This document shows positions 1 through 8,594 of a stretch of DNA of 15,617 nt, piece after piece. Each line of letters starts with the position of its first letter. The stretch's first letter is position 1. The translations under genes were made by a program, and so were the position numbers. Source of the DNA: Promethearchaeota archaeon (GTDB lineage Archaea > Asgardarchaeota > Lokiarchaeia > Sigyniarchaeales > SOKP01). The stretch lies in the NCBI GenBank assembly GCA_016839765.1, contig JAEOTP010000022.1:1-15617 (forward strand). The letters are read 5' to 3'. The notes under the pieces were generated by a model, which made no database searches, was not told the origin of the DNA, and was given only the letters and a program-made list of their open reading frames with translations.

Positions 1-1
1 T

Positions 2-1759
2 ATAGTTAAAACTTTATTAAAGTTAAAGCATATAAATGGTTATTTTTCAGAGTTAGGATACTTTTATCCTTACAGTTATTTAAAAAGTGAGTTTGAAAAA
101 AGTTTAAAGAATCAAGGAAATATTAGTCTTGAGCAATTTAACTACTTGCCATTGGGATTGATAAAAAAAATTATTAAACATATTTCTAACTCTACTAATC
201 AAAAATTATTATTAGCTAAAAATAATACCGCGTTTTATTCTTTAAAAACAATAAAGCAAGAAATTAATTCTAAAGCTTCAAAAGATAGTATTGTGGATGT
301 AAAGATTTACCGCGAATTGTTAACTGAAAAAAGTTTTATTAAATTAATAAGAAATCTTCCCAAGGATTATTTAACAAAGTATCGTAAGGGAACAATTTTA
401 TTAACGAATTTAGGATTGATGAAAATTAAGAATGAAATTGAAAATTCCAAAATTTTAGGATATTTATCTATACCTAAAATCTCTGAAAAATTAGGGATTA
501 ATAAAATTTTATTAGTGGATGTTTTAGATCATTATATCGACCAAAGAAGTGGCATTTTTAACAAGGAAAAAAACATATTTTATTATTCCAAATTTTTAAA
601 TGATAAAATTGAGAAAATCAATCAACTTTCTGATAGTAAAGAAAAGGAAAATCAGATACTACAACTAACAGAAGAATTAAACATTCAAAAGGATCTTATA
701 TTAGCAAAAATTGATGAAAATCTAAAACTTATTGGTGAGGATATAAAACAGCAAGACAAAATAGTTATCACTGAATATCTTGAAAAAACAGGAATGCCTG
801 AGGGAGTATTTTTTGATTTTATAGATGATCTAGGAATTGATTATCTGAAAAAAGGGGATATTTTAATTTTCAATGAAAATAAAATAAAAGAAGCTGAAAA
901 AGAAATAAGAAGTATATTAATAACCAAATCGAAGACTCAAGATCACATTTTACTTGGAGATATTGATATAACTTCAAGCTTAGTTGAGAGCTTGTTAAAG
1001 GAGATGCAGAATGATGAAGAAATTAAAGGAATTTTTTATAAGGATGACGTTGAAAAAAAGTTTTATACCCAAAAAGGCATTGAAAAACTAATAATTCAAA
1101 ATAGCTCTATTTTTTCTTTTCATGATCTTTTTTATGATAAAGAATTATCAGAGAAAGAAATTGAATTATTACGTTCAATTCTTGAAAAAATGTTAAATAA
1201 AAGAATTTTAAAAGGGGAGTTTGATGAAGAAAGCCTCACATTCTCAAGTTTTGAAGTATTATTCGCTCAAGATTATAATTTTATGCTAAGAGAGTTTGAA
1301 AAAACTGTAAACAGTTATAATCATATTTTTAATTTGGAATTTCATAAAGTTAAAAAGATTTTAACCAAAAGTAATGAAACTATTTTTCCGCAAGAGATAA
1401 AAAAGATTCAAGAATCAATTGATAGAATTAATGAACAATATGTTAGATGGAGAAGTGGATTAGAAGCTTTTATACGGAAAGTAAATATTCAACTGTTAAA
1501 AAAACAGGGATACTCGATGAAAAAATATAAGATGATGATTTCCTCAACAGATAAAAAAGAAGATATCAAATTATTTGAGGATGACCCAGAAGTACAAGAA
1601 AATTTGAAACAATTTACATCTTGGATCAAATTATTCAACGATCTAGAATTAAAATATGGTAACATTCTCTTTTACCAAAAAAGATTAATAACTAATCCAG
1701 GCAATAATGAAAATAAGAAAAAACTTGAAAGTTTATTGGAACAATTAGAATTATTATAG
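2..1759 (+). CDS. Large tandem winged-helix repeat protein (UFL1/PCI-like), 5'-truncated by the window edge
   Basis: The frame is open from base 2 (IVKTLLKLKHINGYFSELGYFYP...) into the listed 146..1759 ORF, so the TTG at 146 is probably not the true start. Recurrent motifs INGYFSELGYFY, RSGIFNKEKNIFYY, IKGIFYKDDVEKKFYT and LKGEFDEESLTF resemble PCI/winged-helix wing strands. The C-terminus is helical/coiled-coil-like. Confidence 0.55.
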   Translation: MVKTLLKLKHINGYFSELGYFYPYSYLKSEFEKSLKNQGNISLEQFNYLPLGLIKKIIKHISNSTNQKLLLAKNNTAFYSLKTIKQEINSKASKDSIVDVKIYRELLTEKSFIKLIRNLPKDYLTKYRKGTILLTNLGLMKIKNEIENSKILGYLSIPKISEKLGINKILLVDVLDHYIDQRSGIFNKEKNIFYYSKFLNDKIEKINQLSDSKEKENQILQLTEELNIQKDLILAKIDENLKLIGEDIKQQDKIVITEYLEKTGMPEGVFFDFIDDLGIDYLKKGDILIFNENKIKEAEKEIRSILITKSKTQDHILLGDIDITSSLVESLLKEMQNDEEIKGIFYKDDVEKKFYTQKGIEKLIIQNSSIFSFHDLFYDKELSEKEIELLRSILEKMLNKRILKGEFDEESLTFSSFEVLFAQDYNFMLREFEKTVNSYNHIFNLEFHKVKKILTKSNETIFPQEIKKIQESIDRINEQYVRWRSGLEAFIRKVNIQLLKKQGYSMKKYKMMISSTDKKEDIKLFEDDPEVQENLKQFTSWIKLFNDLELKYGNILFYQKRLITNPGNNENKKKLESLLEQLELL

Positions 1760-1763
1760 AATT

Positions 1764-2048
1764 TCAAATTTTTTCTTTTTCAATTTGAGCTATTAGCTTA
1801 TCAACATTTATTCTTTGGTTTAATTTTATTTTGTATGTTTTTGGACTAAAAGAACCATTTATCTCTAAAATGCCCTCTTTTTCAAGATAATCCAATGATC
1901 GCCATATAAAGTTTATTTTTGATCGATTTGAAGATTTTATATTATTGCATCTTCTGATTCTCTTAGTATTTACTACAGTGACATTATTATCTATTAATTT
2001 ATTAATAGCATCAAGAGTTTCTTTTAAATTTTTCAAGAAGAAGTCCAT
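1764..2048 (-). CDS. Small basic winged-helix DNA-binding protein (94 aa)
   Basis: ATG start; helix-then-wing pattern KINFIWRSLDYLEKEGILEINGSFSPKTYKI; convergent with ORF1, 4-bp gap. Confidence 0.55.
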   Translation of the reverse strand: MDFFLKNLKETLDAINKLIDNNVTVVNTKRIRRCNNIKSSNRSKINFIWRSLDYLEKEGILEINGSFSPKTYKIKLNQRINVDKLIAQIEKEKI

Positions 2049-2074
2049 AAGATCTTCGCTTAGGGATAATTAAT

Positions 2075-2126
2075 ACTTTATAAGTCGTATATTTAGTTAT
2101 ATTCAGAGATTTATAAAGTTTTTTTC
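2075..2126 (-). promoter_or_regulatory. Putative archaeal BRE/TATA promoter plus 9-bp inverted repeat upstream of the wHTH gene
   Basis: The minus strand reads GAAAAAAAC-TTTATAAA (2126-2110). ACTTTATAA (2075-2083) and TTATAAAGT (2111-2119) are reverse complements. The AT-rich background lowers significance. Confidence 0.35.
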
Positions 2127-2211
2127 TTCTAATAAGAAATTATGTAAAATCGTAATATCATGAGAAATTAGAATTATTCAAAAGATATCATTGCAATTTT
2201 TAATTTAAATT

Positions 2212-3813
2212 TCAATGTCGAAATACTCTTTTACCGCAAAATACCAATGCACAATTTAATTCATCAGCCTTCTGAATAACTTCATTATCTCTGATTGAAC
2301 CTCCAGGATTAATTATAGCTTTCGCTCCTGCTTTTGTAGCAGCCTCTAATCCATCAGGAAAGGGGAAAAAAGAGTCAGTTCCCATTATTGAGTCTTTCAG
2401 CTCATTTCTATGTCCAAATTCTATTGCTTTTTGAGCTGCAAGCTTAACTACATGGATTCTTGATTGTTGCCCAGCACCAATACCTATAGTATAAATACCA
2501 TCTTTATATACTTGAACAAAAGAAGCAGAATTCGATTTCGCCCACTTTGAAACTTTATAGGCAAAAATCAAAGCTTCTTTTTCATCAGTATCCACCTTTC
2601 TTTTACTTACAACTTTCCATTCCTTGATAATGGGTTTAAAATCATACTCTTGAATAACAGCTCCTCCTAAAGTTGTACGTATTTCAAATTGTTTATAAAT
2701 TTCATCTCTTTTATCAAGGAAGTTTCCATATTCAAGAATTCTTATGTTTTCTTTTTGTTTCAATATTTCTAAAGCTTCTCCTTCAAATTCTGGAGCCAAT
2801 AATACTTCTACAAAAATCTTTTCCTTATTAATGATAAAATCTGCTACTTCTTCTGTAAGTTTTTGATTAACGCCCCAAACCCCTCCAAAAGCTGATAGAG
2901 GGTCACAGCTGTAAGCCCTTTTTACTGATTTCAATAAATCTGTTTTATCAATAGCAACTCCATTTGGAGATGTATGCTTCAAAATTGCAGTGACATTATG
3001 ATCTTTACCAAAATCCAAGAGCATTTGAATACAAGAATCGATATCTAGATAATTATTGAATGAGATTTGTTTTCCACCAAGTTGTTTAAAATTGTGAAGC
3101 CCATATTTAGTTGATACGTCAAGATAGTAAGCAGCTCTTTGATCCCAGTTTTCTCCGTAACGACAATCTTGAACTTTCTTATATGTCTTATTTATGAAAT
3201 CTCCCAATTTAATATCTGGATTGTAGTATGATTGTAAATAATCTGCTATAGCAGCATTATAGTCTGTCATAATAATAAATACTTCTTGAGCAAGTTTAGC
3301 TCTTATTTCTTCGCTAATCCCCCCTTTCTTTTTTAATTCATTTAAAATTGTAGTATAATATTTTGGACTTGGAACAACAACGACATCGGGATAATTTTTA
3401 GCAGCAGCTCTTATCATTGTAGAACCCCCTATATCAATCATTTCAAGAGCTTCGTCTAAAGTGATACTCGGTTTATTTATTGCTTCTTTGAACGCATATA
3501 AATTGCATATAACCATATCTATAGGGGGAATGTTATATGTATTAGCATCTTTTAAATCTTCTTCTAAATCCCTTCGAAATAAGATACCCCCCGCTATTTT
3601 TGGGTGGAGAGTCTTTACCCTGCCATCAAATATCTCTGGAAAATTTGTATAATCTGAAATTTTTGTATATTTAATCCCATTTTTTTCTAATAAACTTCCA
3701 GTACCACTAGTAGATAGAATATCAATTTTAAATTCTTTAACTAGACTTGATACAAAAGGAATTAAATCACTCTTATCAAAAACACTTACTATTGCTGTTT
3801 TAATTTTTTTCAT
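2212..3813 (-). CDS. purH: Bifunctional AICAR formyltransferase / IMP cyclohydrolase
   Basis: SVFDK, STSGT, GRVKTLHP, DIGG..MIRAAAKN, RYGEN, SFNNYLD, KH, DPLSAFGG, DSFFPFPDG, PGGSIRD and a C-terminal RVFRH. Confidence 0.97.
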   Translation of the reverse strand: MKKIKTAIVSVFDKSDLIPFVSSLVKEFKIDILSTSGTGSLLEKNGIKYTKISDYTNFPEIFDGRVKTLHPKIAGGILFRRDLEEDLKDANTYNIPPIDMVICNLYAFKEAINKPSITLDEALEMIDIGGSTMIRAAAKNYPDVVVVPSPKYYTTILNELKKKGGISEEIRAKLAQEVFIIMTDYNAAIADYLQSYYNPDIKLGDFINKTYKKVQDCRYGENWDQRAAYYLDVSTKYGLHNFKQLGGKQISFNNYLDIDSCIQMLLDFGKDHNVTAILKHTSPNGVAIDKTDLLKSVKRAYSCDPLSAFGGVWGVNQKLTEEVADFIINKEKIFVEVLLAPEFEGEALEILKQKENIRILEYGNFLDKRDEIYKQFEIRTTLGGAVIQEYDFKPIIKEWKVVSKRKVDTDEKEALIFAYKVSKWAKSNSASFVQVYKDGIYTIGIGAGQQSRIHVVKLAAQKAIEFGHRNELKDSIMGTDSFFPFPDGLEAATKAGAKAIINPGGSIRDNEVIQKADELNCALVFCGKRVFRH

Positions 3814-3933
3814 AAAAAATCATCCCATTTTTGCTAATATTATTAAATTAAATATCTTAATTTTATTAAATTGCTTTATAGACAATTAATAAACAGGAAT
3901 TTAATAATGATTACTTATATAATTTCATAGTTC

Positions 3934-5400
3934 CTAATATTTTCCCATTAGATCATGTGTTCTTACTTCTTGACGACCGAATGGAGTAATTACACCGATT
4001 TTTACGTTTTTCATGGCTTCAATTTTCCTTGCTCCGGCATATACCATTCCATTGATTAATCCTTCCTTTAATGATAGAATGACTCCATCAAGATCTCCAA
4101 CATAAGGGATATATGCTGATATCCCTTCAGCGAGTATTTTTGAGCCTTCTATATAGCGATCCGATATGAAACCAGAAGTTCTTGCTTCTTTACTACCCAT
4201 ACCCCTATATACTTTCACTTTCTGCCCTTGCAAAGTATCTATATATCCGGGGCTTTCTGTACAGCCTGCAAAGAAATGTCCAGACATGATTAAATCAGCT
4301 CCTGCAGTTAATGCTTTAGGAATATCACCTGGATTCTTAAAGCCTCCATCAGCAATTAAACTAAGTTCTGACTTATAATCCTTAATAGCATCCGCTACTT
4401 GAGCAGTTGCAAATAAAGTAGGTGCTCCTACTCCGGTTTGAATTGAAGTAGTACAAATCGAACCCGAACCCATTCCTACTTTTAATCCTATAAACTTGTC
4501 TTCAGCAAAATCACATTGAGAAATAATATATTCTGCCGCTTCATACGTACCGATATTTCCTAGTACAAAATCTGATTCTAGTAAATTCATTAATTTTTTC
4601 GTACCTTCAATATCCGCTATTTTGTAAAAATCAGCAACATCGATAAAGAAAATATCAACATACTTATCTATTTCTTTTAACATATTTTGAGCCCGTAACG
4701 ATTCGGGAAATTTAGGAGATAAGGCTAACGCGCAGATTAAATGACCATCCTCATCCATTGAAGCTAAAGGAAATTCTGGGGCCAAATCTTTTTTAGTAAT
4801 TAAACCTTTAAGACGTCCATTTTCTATTACCGGTAGTTTTTCAATTCTATGCTTAAAAAGTTTATTTAAAGCTTCCTCTCTAGATGCACCGGGTTCAATA
4901 GAGATAACGTTTTTTGTCATATATTCCTTTACTTTACCGTTCTTAATATCATTCTCGGAATATGGCATATCCCGTTTTGTTAAAATGCCACATACTTTAT
5001 TTTCGTCATTAACTACTACAAGTCCGCTAATATTATAATTTTCCATCATAAATTTTGCATTAGTGATTGGATCATCAGGAGTTATCGTCGCAACATCTAC
5101 AATAATAAAGGATCTTGTCCTTTTAACAATTCTTACCATTTCTAATTGTCTTTCATATGAACAATTACGATGAAGTACTCCTAATCCTCCTAATAAAGCC
5201 ATTTTAATAGCCATTATTTCTTCTGTAACTGTATCCATAGCTGCTGTCATAATAGGTAAATTAAAACGATAAGATCCTAATTTAGAGGAAATATCTACAT
5301 CATTTGGTTCAAAGTTCGTATAACCTGGTTGTATGAGAATATCATCAAAAGTAGCAATTATATCTTCATAATGAACCTTTTTACGAAAGTGATCAGACAT
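3934..5400 (-). CDS. guaB: Inosine-5'-monophosphate dehydrogenase with tandem CBS domains
   Basis: TFDDILI, AAMDTVTE, a CBS pair, catalytic loop GMGSGSICTT, ADGG, YRGMGS, flap RY dyad (SDRY) and AEG; GGAG-type RBS upstream. Confidence 0.93.
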   Translation of the reverse strand: MSDHFRKKVHYEDIIATFDDILIQPGYTNFEPNDVDISSKLGSYRFNLPIMTAAMDTVTEEIMAIKMALLGGLGVLHRNCSYERQLEMVRIVKRTRSFIIVDVATITPDDPITNAKFMMENYNISGLVVVNDENKVCGILTKRDMPYSENDIKNGKVKEYMTKNVISIEPGASREEALNKLFKHRIEKLPVIENGRLKGLITKKDLAPEFPLASMDEDGHLICALALSPKFPESLRAQNMLKEIDKYVDIFFIDVADFYKIADIEGTKKLMNLLESDFVLGNIGTYEAAEYIISQCDFAEDKFIGLKVGMGSGSICTTSIQTGVGAPTLFATAQVADAIKDYKSELSLIADGGFKNPGDIPKALTAGADLIMSGHFFAGCTESPGYIDTLQGQKVKVYRGMGSKEARTSGFISDRYIEGSKILAEGISAYIPYVGDLDGVILSLKEGLINGMVYAGARKIEAMKNVKIGVITPFGRQEVRTHDLMGKY

Positions 5401-5485
5401 TTTTATCTCCCTGATTGATTTTATTATTGTTTAAGATTCAATGTAATTAATTTTTAGAATTTAAATATTATTAATAAAGATGAGA

Positions 5486-5535
5486 CATATTATAAAATTT
5501 TATCAATTTATAATATGAAAAATATATATTTTTCA
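5486..5535. repeat. Two overlapping perfect inverted repeats upstream of guaB
   Basis: CATATTATAAA (5486-5496), 10-nt spacer, TTTATAATATG (5507-5517); plus the 20-bp palindrome TGAAAAATATATATTTTTCA (5516-5535). Confidence 0.7.
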
Positions 5536-5617
5536 AGTACGCTTTTATTTAATTCTTACAAGGAGAATATTGTCAATTATCAATATTGAGTTGAAATTTA
5601 TTGTAATTTTGTAACCG

Positions 5618-6544
5618 CTACATACGTGTTAAGTTTGTTCTTTGCATATTTTGAATTCGAGAGTCATTGATGAAATGATCTAGAGTTTTTATGAACATTT
5701 TTCTATCTAGTTTGATATTTGGAGTTTCTATAGAACAATAATTACTTAAATGATCATTAAAAACTTGCGAAGTGACATTATGTCCCAAATTTGCTATGAT
5801 ATCTCTTTCTTCTTTTAAATTTTCAATAGGAGATAATAATTCAAATTCATTGTTCTTCCATTTATTCCAAAGTTCTGAGAATGGTACAATATTTAATGTT
5901 CTGAACCTGAAAATTGTTGGATTAATTTCTGTTAAGATTTTAGCAGTTTCATTAACATGTTCTTGAGAGAATTTTTTACCACCTAATCCAAGAATTACAT
6001 ATAAACTTAGTTTTATCCCTGCTTTTAAAATGCGTTTTCCTGCTTTTGTCATAGATTTAGCATTTGTGCCTTTTTTCATTATTCGTAATATTTTGCTACT
6101 TCCAGTTTCTAATCCCATATAAATTATATCTAATCCTGCTTCTGCCAATTGTTTAAGTTCATCATCCGATTTTCTTAGGATATCTAAGGCTTTTGCATAA
6201 CAACTCACTCTTGGAACACTTTTAATTTGCTTTCTAACATATTTGATAATTTCTACTAAATATTTTGTAGGAGCAGAAGTAGGATTACCACCAGCTAAAA
6301 ATACGGGATATCCATGATAATTATGTTCTTTATAATAATCGATATCCTTTAATACATCTTCTATTGGTCGGATTGCATAATTTTGAATAATCCCATACAT
6401 TCCTTTATACGTTCCACAAAAGACACAACGATTCCATGAACAACCGCCCGTAACTGGAATCAATATTGAACGAGAGGCACCTTCAACTGGAGGTCTAATA
6501 ACTATATATTCAGTTGGTACAATTTGTAAATCCGTGTTATTCAT
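5618..6544 (-). CDS. Radical SAM protein (RPP.E...S.L..T.GC family), function unknown
   Basis: RPPVEGASRSILIPVTGG followed by CSWNRCVFC (CX4CX2C), FLAGGN, YMGLETGS, YVILGLGG and DHLSNY. Confidence 0.9.
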   Translation of the reverse strand: MNNTDLQIVPTEYIVIRPPVEGASRSILIPVTGGCSWNRCVFCGTYKGMYGIIQNYAIRPIEDVLKDIDYYKEHNYHGYPVFLAGGNPTSAPTKYLVEIIKYVRKQIKSVPRVSCYAKALDILRKSDDELKQLAEAGLDIIYMGLETGSSKILRIMKKGTNAKSMTKAGKRILKAGIKLSLYVILGLGGKKFSQEHVNETAKILTEINPTIFRFRTLNIVPFSELWNKWKNNEFELLSPIENLKEERDIIANLGHNVTSQVFNDHLSNYCSIETPNIKLDRKMFIKTLDHFINDSRIQNMQRTNLTRM

Positions 6545-6745
6545 TTAAAAAACTAATTTTTATTTAATTTCTGTTAATTAATATTCGAATTAATTTTTAA
6601 GTATTATAATGAAAAATATCCGTTTTTAATTATATTATTTTTAATATAGCAAAAAATATCCTTGAAAATAAAATTTGAAATAATATCTTATTTTATATTA
6701 TTTATCATTTTATTATTTCTCCCAGATTAAAAGAATTAATAAATA

Positions 6746-7366
6746 TTGGTGTTTAAATTGAAAGGAACTATTGAACAAGAAAAAATAATATTTTATACTT
6801 TTAAAACGGTCATAATTGGTGCTCAGAGTGTTGGAAAGACTTGTTTATTCAATCGATTTTGTTTTAATTCTTTCAATTTCGATACATCACTCACAATTGG
6901 GATAAATTTTCACTCGATAAATTTAAAAATTAAACAACAAGACCAAATAGATATGTTGGGTGAAAACTTTATTGTTAATTCCATTTTTGATTTTGGTGGT
7001 CAAGAAAGATTTAAACCTCTACTTCCAAAATTTTTAGAAGGTGCTAATGGTGCCTTATTAGTATTTGATTTAATCAATAAAAAAACCTTTTCCCAACTAG
7101 ATTTTTGGTATAATCAGCTAATAGAACACGCTAATGGCTATTATATTCCTAAAATTTTAGTGGGTAGTAAATTCGATTTGGTAGGAAATACTCCTAAAGA
7201 AGAAAGAGTTGAAGATAAGGCAATAAATCAATTTATAGAAGAAAATAAATTAGATAGATTCTATAAAACATCAGCTTTAGAAAATTGTAATGTTGTAGAA
7301 GTATTTAAAGAATTAAGTAATTTAATGCTTAAAAAACAAAATTCTAATTTTGTTGTATTAGAATAA
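6746..7366 (+). CDS. Rab-like Ras-superfamily small GTPase
   Basis: G1 GAQSVGKT, G2 TIG, G3 DFGGQERF, G4 SKFD, G5 TSA. The TTG at 6758, 6 nt after GGTG (6748-6751), is a plausible alternative start. Confidence 0.92.
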   Translation: MVFKLKGTIEQEKIIFYTFKTVIIGAQSVGKTCLFNRFCFNSFNFDTSLTIGINFHSINLKIKQQDQIDMLGENFIVNSIFDFGGQERFKPLLPKFLEGANGALLVFDLINKKTFSQLDFWYNQLIEHANGYYIPKILVGSKFDLVGNTPKEERVEDKAINQFIEENKLDRFYKTSALENCNVVEVFKELSNLMLKKQNSNFVVLE

Positions 7367-7376
7367 AAAATTAAAT

Positions 7377-8453
7377 CTAAAATTCTCTCATATAAATATA
7401 ATCGGAGAATTCATTAAAGAAACTTTTTTGCTCCTTATTTAAATCTGGATAAATATCCTTCAAATAATTTTTACCCTGAGAAACCAAATTTTTTGAGAAA
7501 TGTTCTGCTGTAATGACCGAATTTGTTTCAGCAAAAATGAGTTCCACTTTTTTAACCTCATCCTTCGATAATTCATCCATGCGATATATTTCATTTAGAG
7601 TTTTGGATTGTTCCTCATTTGAATTCTGAATTGTTAGAATATAAACAAAATTTTTCTTGATTTTCCTTCTAATATCTTCTTTCAAATCAAGTATATCATC
7701 ACGAATGGCATAAGCTTGACCTATTCTTAACATTGCTTCACTTAATGGTCTTATTTGATAATGCAAATTTCCTTTAGCCAAAATTGCTCCTACTTTAACA
7801 GATTTTTCAAGTAATCTTGCTCTTTGCATCTCAGCAATATTAAGATATTGTTCTAGAGTCATAGTAATATTATGATAATTCATATATTCTTCGATTATAT
7901 GACCCTTAATTAAAAAATCCATTGCTTCAGTATATTCATTGATAGCTAATAATTTCAAATAATCAGGAAATGTTGAACTTTTAAGTATATTCAATCCTAA
8001 CAGGTATCCATGAGTCCCACCCAAAATACTCATATCTCTCCCATACATTTCAATAATATCTTCTTTATGAGAAAATTCAAGATTTTTGTAAACTCTTTCT
8101 ATCTCTTTTTTCAACTGGATATGAAATGTTGGTTTAGTTCTCCTTTGTTCTTCATTATCTATAAGATCATCATGTATTAAATGACCACTATGTAATAATT
8201 CTACTGCTAAAGAGACTTCGCGAATTTGTTCAATCTGTTCCGTTAAATAAATTGGATTTACAATTCCAATAAATGCTGCAATCAATAATATGGAGTGAAG
8301 TCTTTTTGCTTTTTTATTCAATATAAATTCTTTTAATTGTGAGATAAAATCTTTTAGGAGTATTTCGTGCTCACTATCATTCAAATTATTAAAATATTTA
8401 GCTAATTCAGCATCAATAGCTAATTTTTCTTTTCTAAGGAATTCTTCAATCAT
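7377..8453 (-). CDS. Trans-isoprenyl diphosphate synthase family protein with degenerate motifs
   Basis: KRL motif, VELLH..HLIHDDLID..EQRR (FARM) and IGQAYAIRDDILD (SARM). Confidence 0.85.
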   Translation of the reverse strand: MIEEFLRKEKLAIDAELAKYFNNLNDSEHEILLKDFISQLKEFILNKKAKRLHSILLIAAFIGIVNPIYLTEQIEQIREVSLAVELLHSGHLIHDDLIDNEEQRRTKPTFHIQLKKEIERVYKNLEFSHKEDIIEMYGRDMSILGGTHGYLLGLNILKSSTFPDYLKLLAINEYTEAMDFLIKGHIIEEYMNYHNITMTLEQYLNIAEMQRARLLEKSVKVGAILAKGNLHYQIRPLSEAMLRIGQAYAIRDDILDLKEDIRRKIKKNFVYILTIQNSNEEQSKTLNEIYRMDELSKDEVKKVELIFAETNSVITAEHFSKNLVSQGKNYLKDIYPDLNKEQKSFFNEFSDYIYMREF

Positions 8454-8594
8454 AAAGTATACAACTTTTTCATATATCTTGCTATAAATATAAAAAACTA
8501 CTTAATATATCTTTTTAACTAAACAAGATTTTTATGCTTTTTATTACAATAGTTAAATAAAGTAAATTATACAAACTCGTATGTGTTGTAAAGA

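Noticed and set aside
146-148. TTG as the start of ORF1
   Set aside because: The frame is open to the window edge and the upstream residues continue the same repeat pattern.
3461-5966. Short plus-strand ORFs 3461..3652, 4166..4378 and 5772..5966
   Set aside because: Antisense shadows fully inside purH, guaB and the radical SAM gene; no recognisable motifs.
6746-8453. GTPase plus prenyl synthase as a protein-prenylation system
   Set aside because: The genes are convergent, the GTPase has no C-terminal Cys, and the enzyme belongs to the isoprenyl diphosphate synthase fold rather than protein prenyltransferases.
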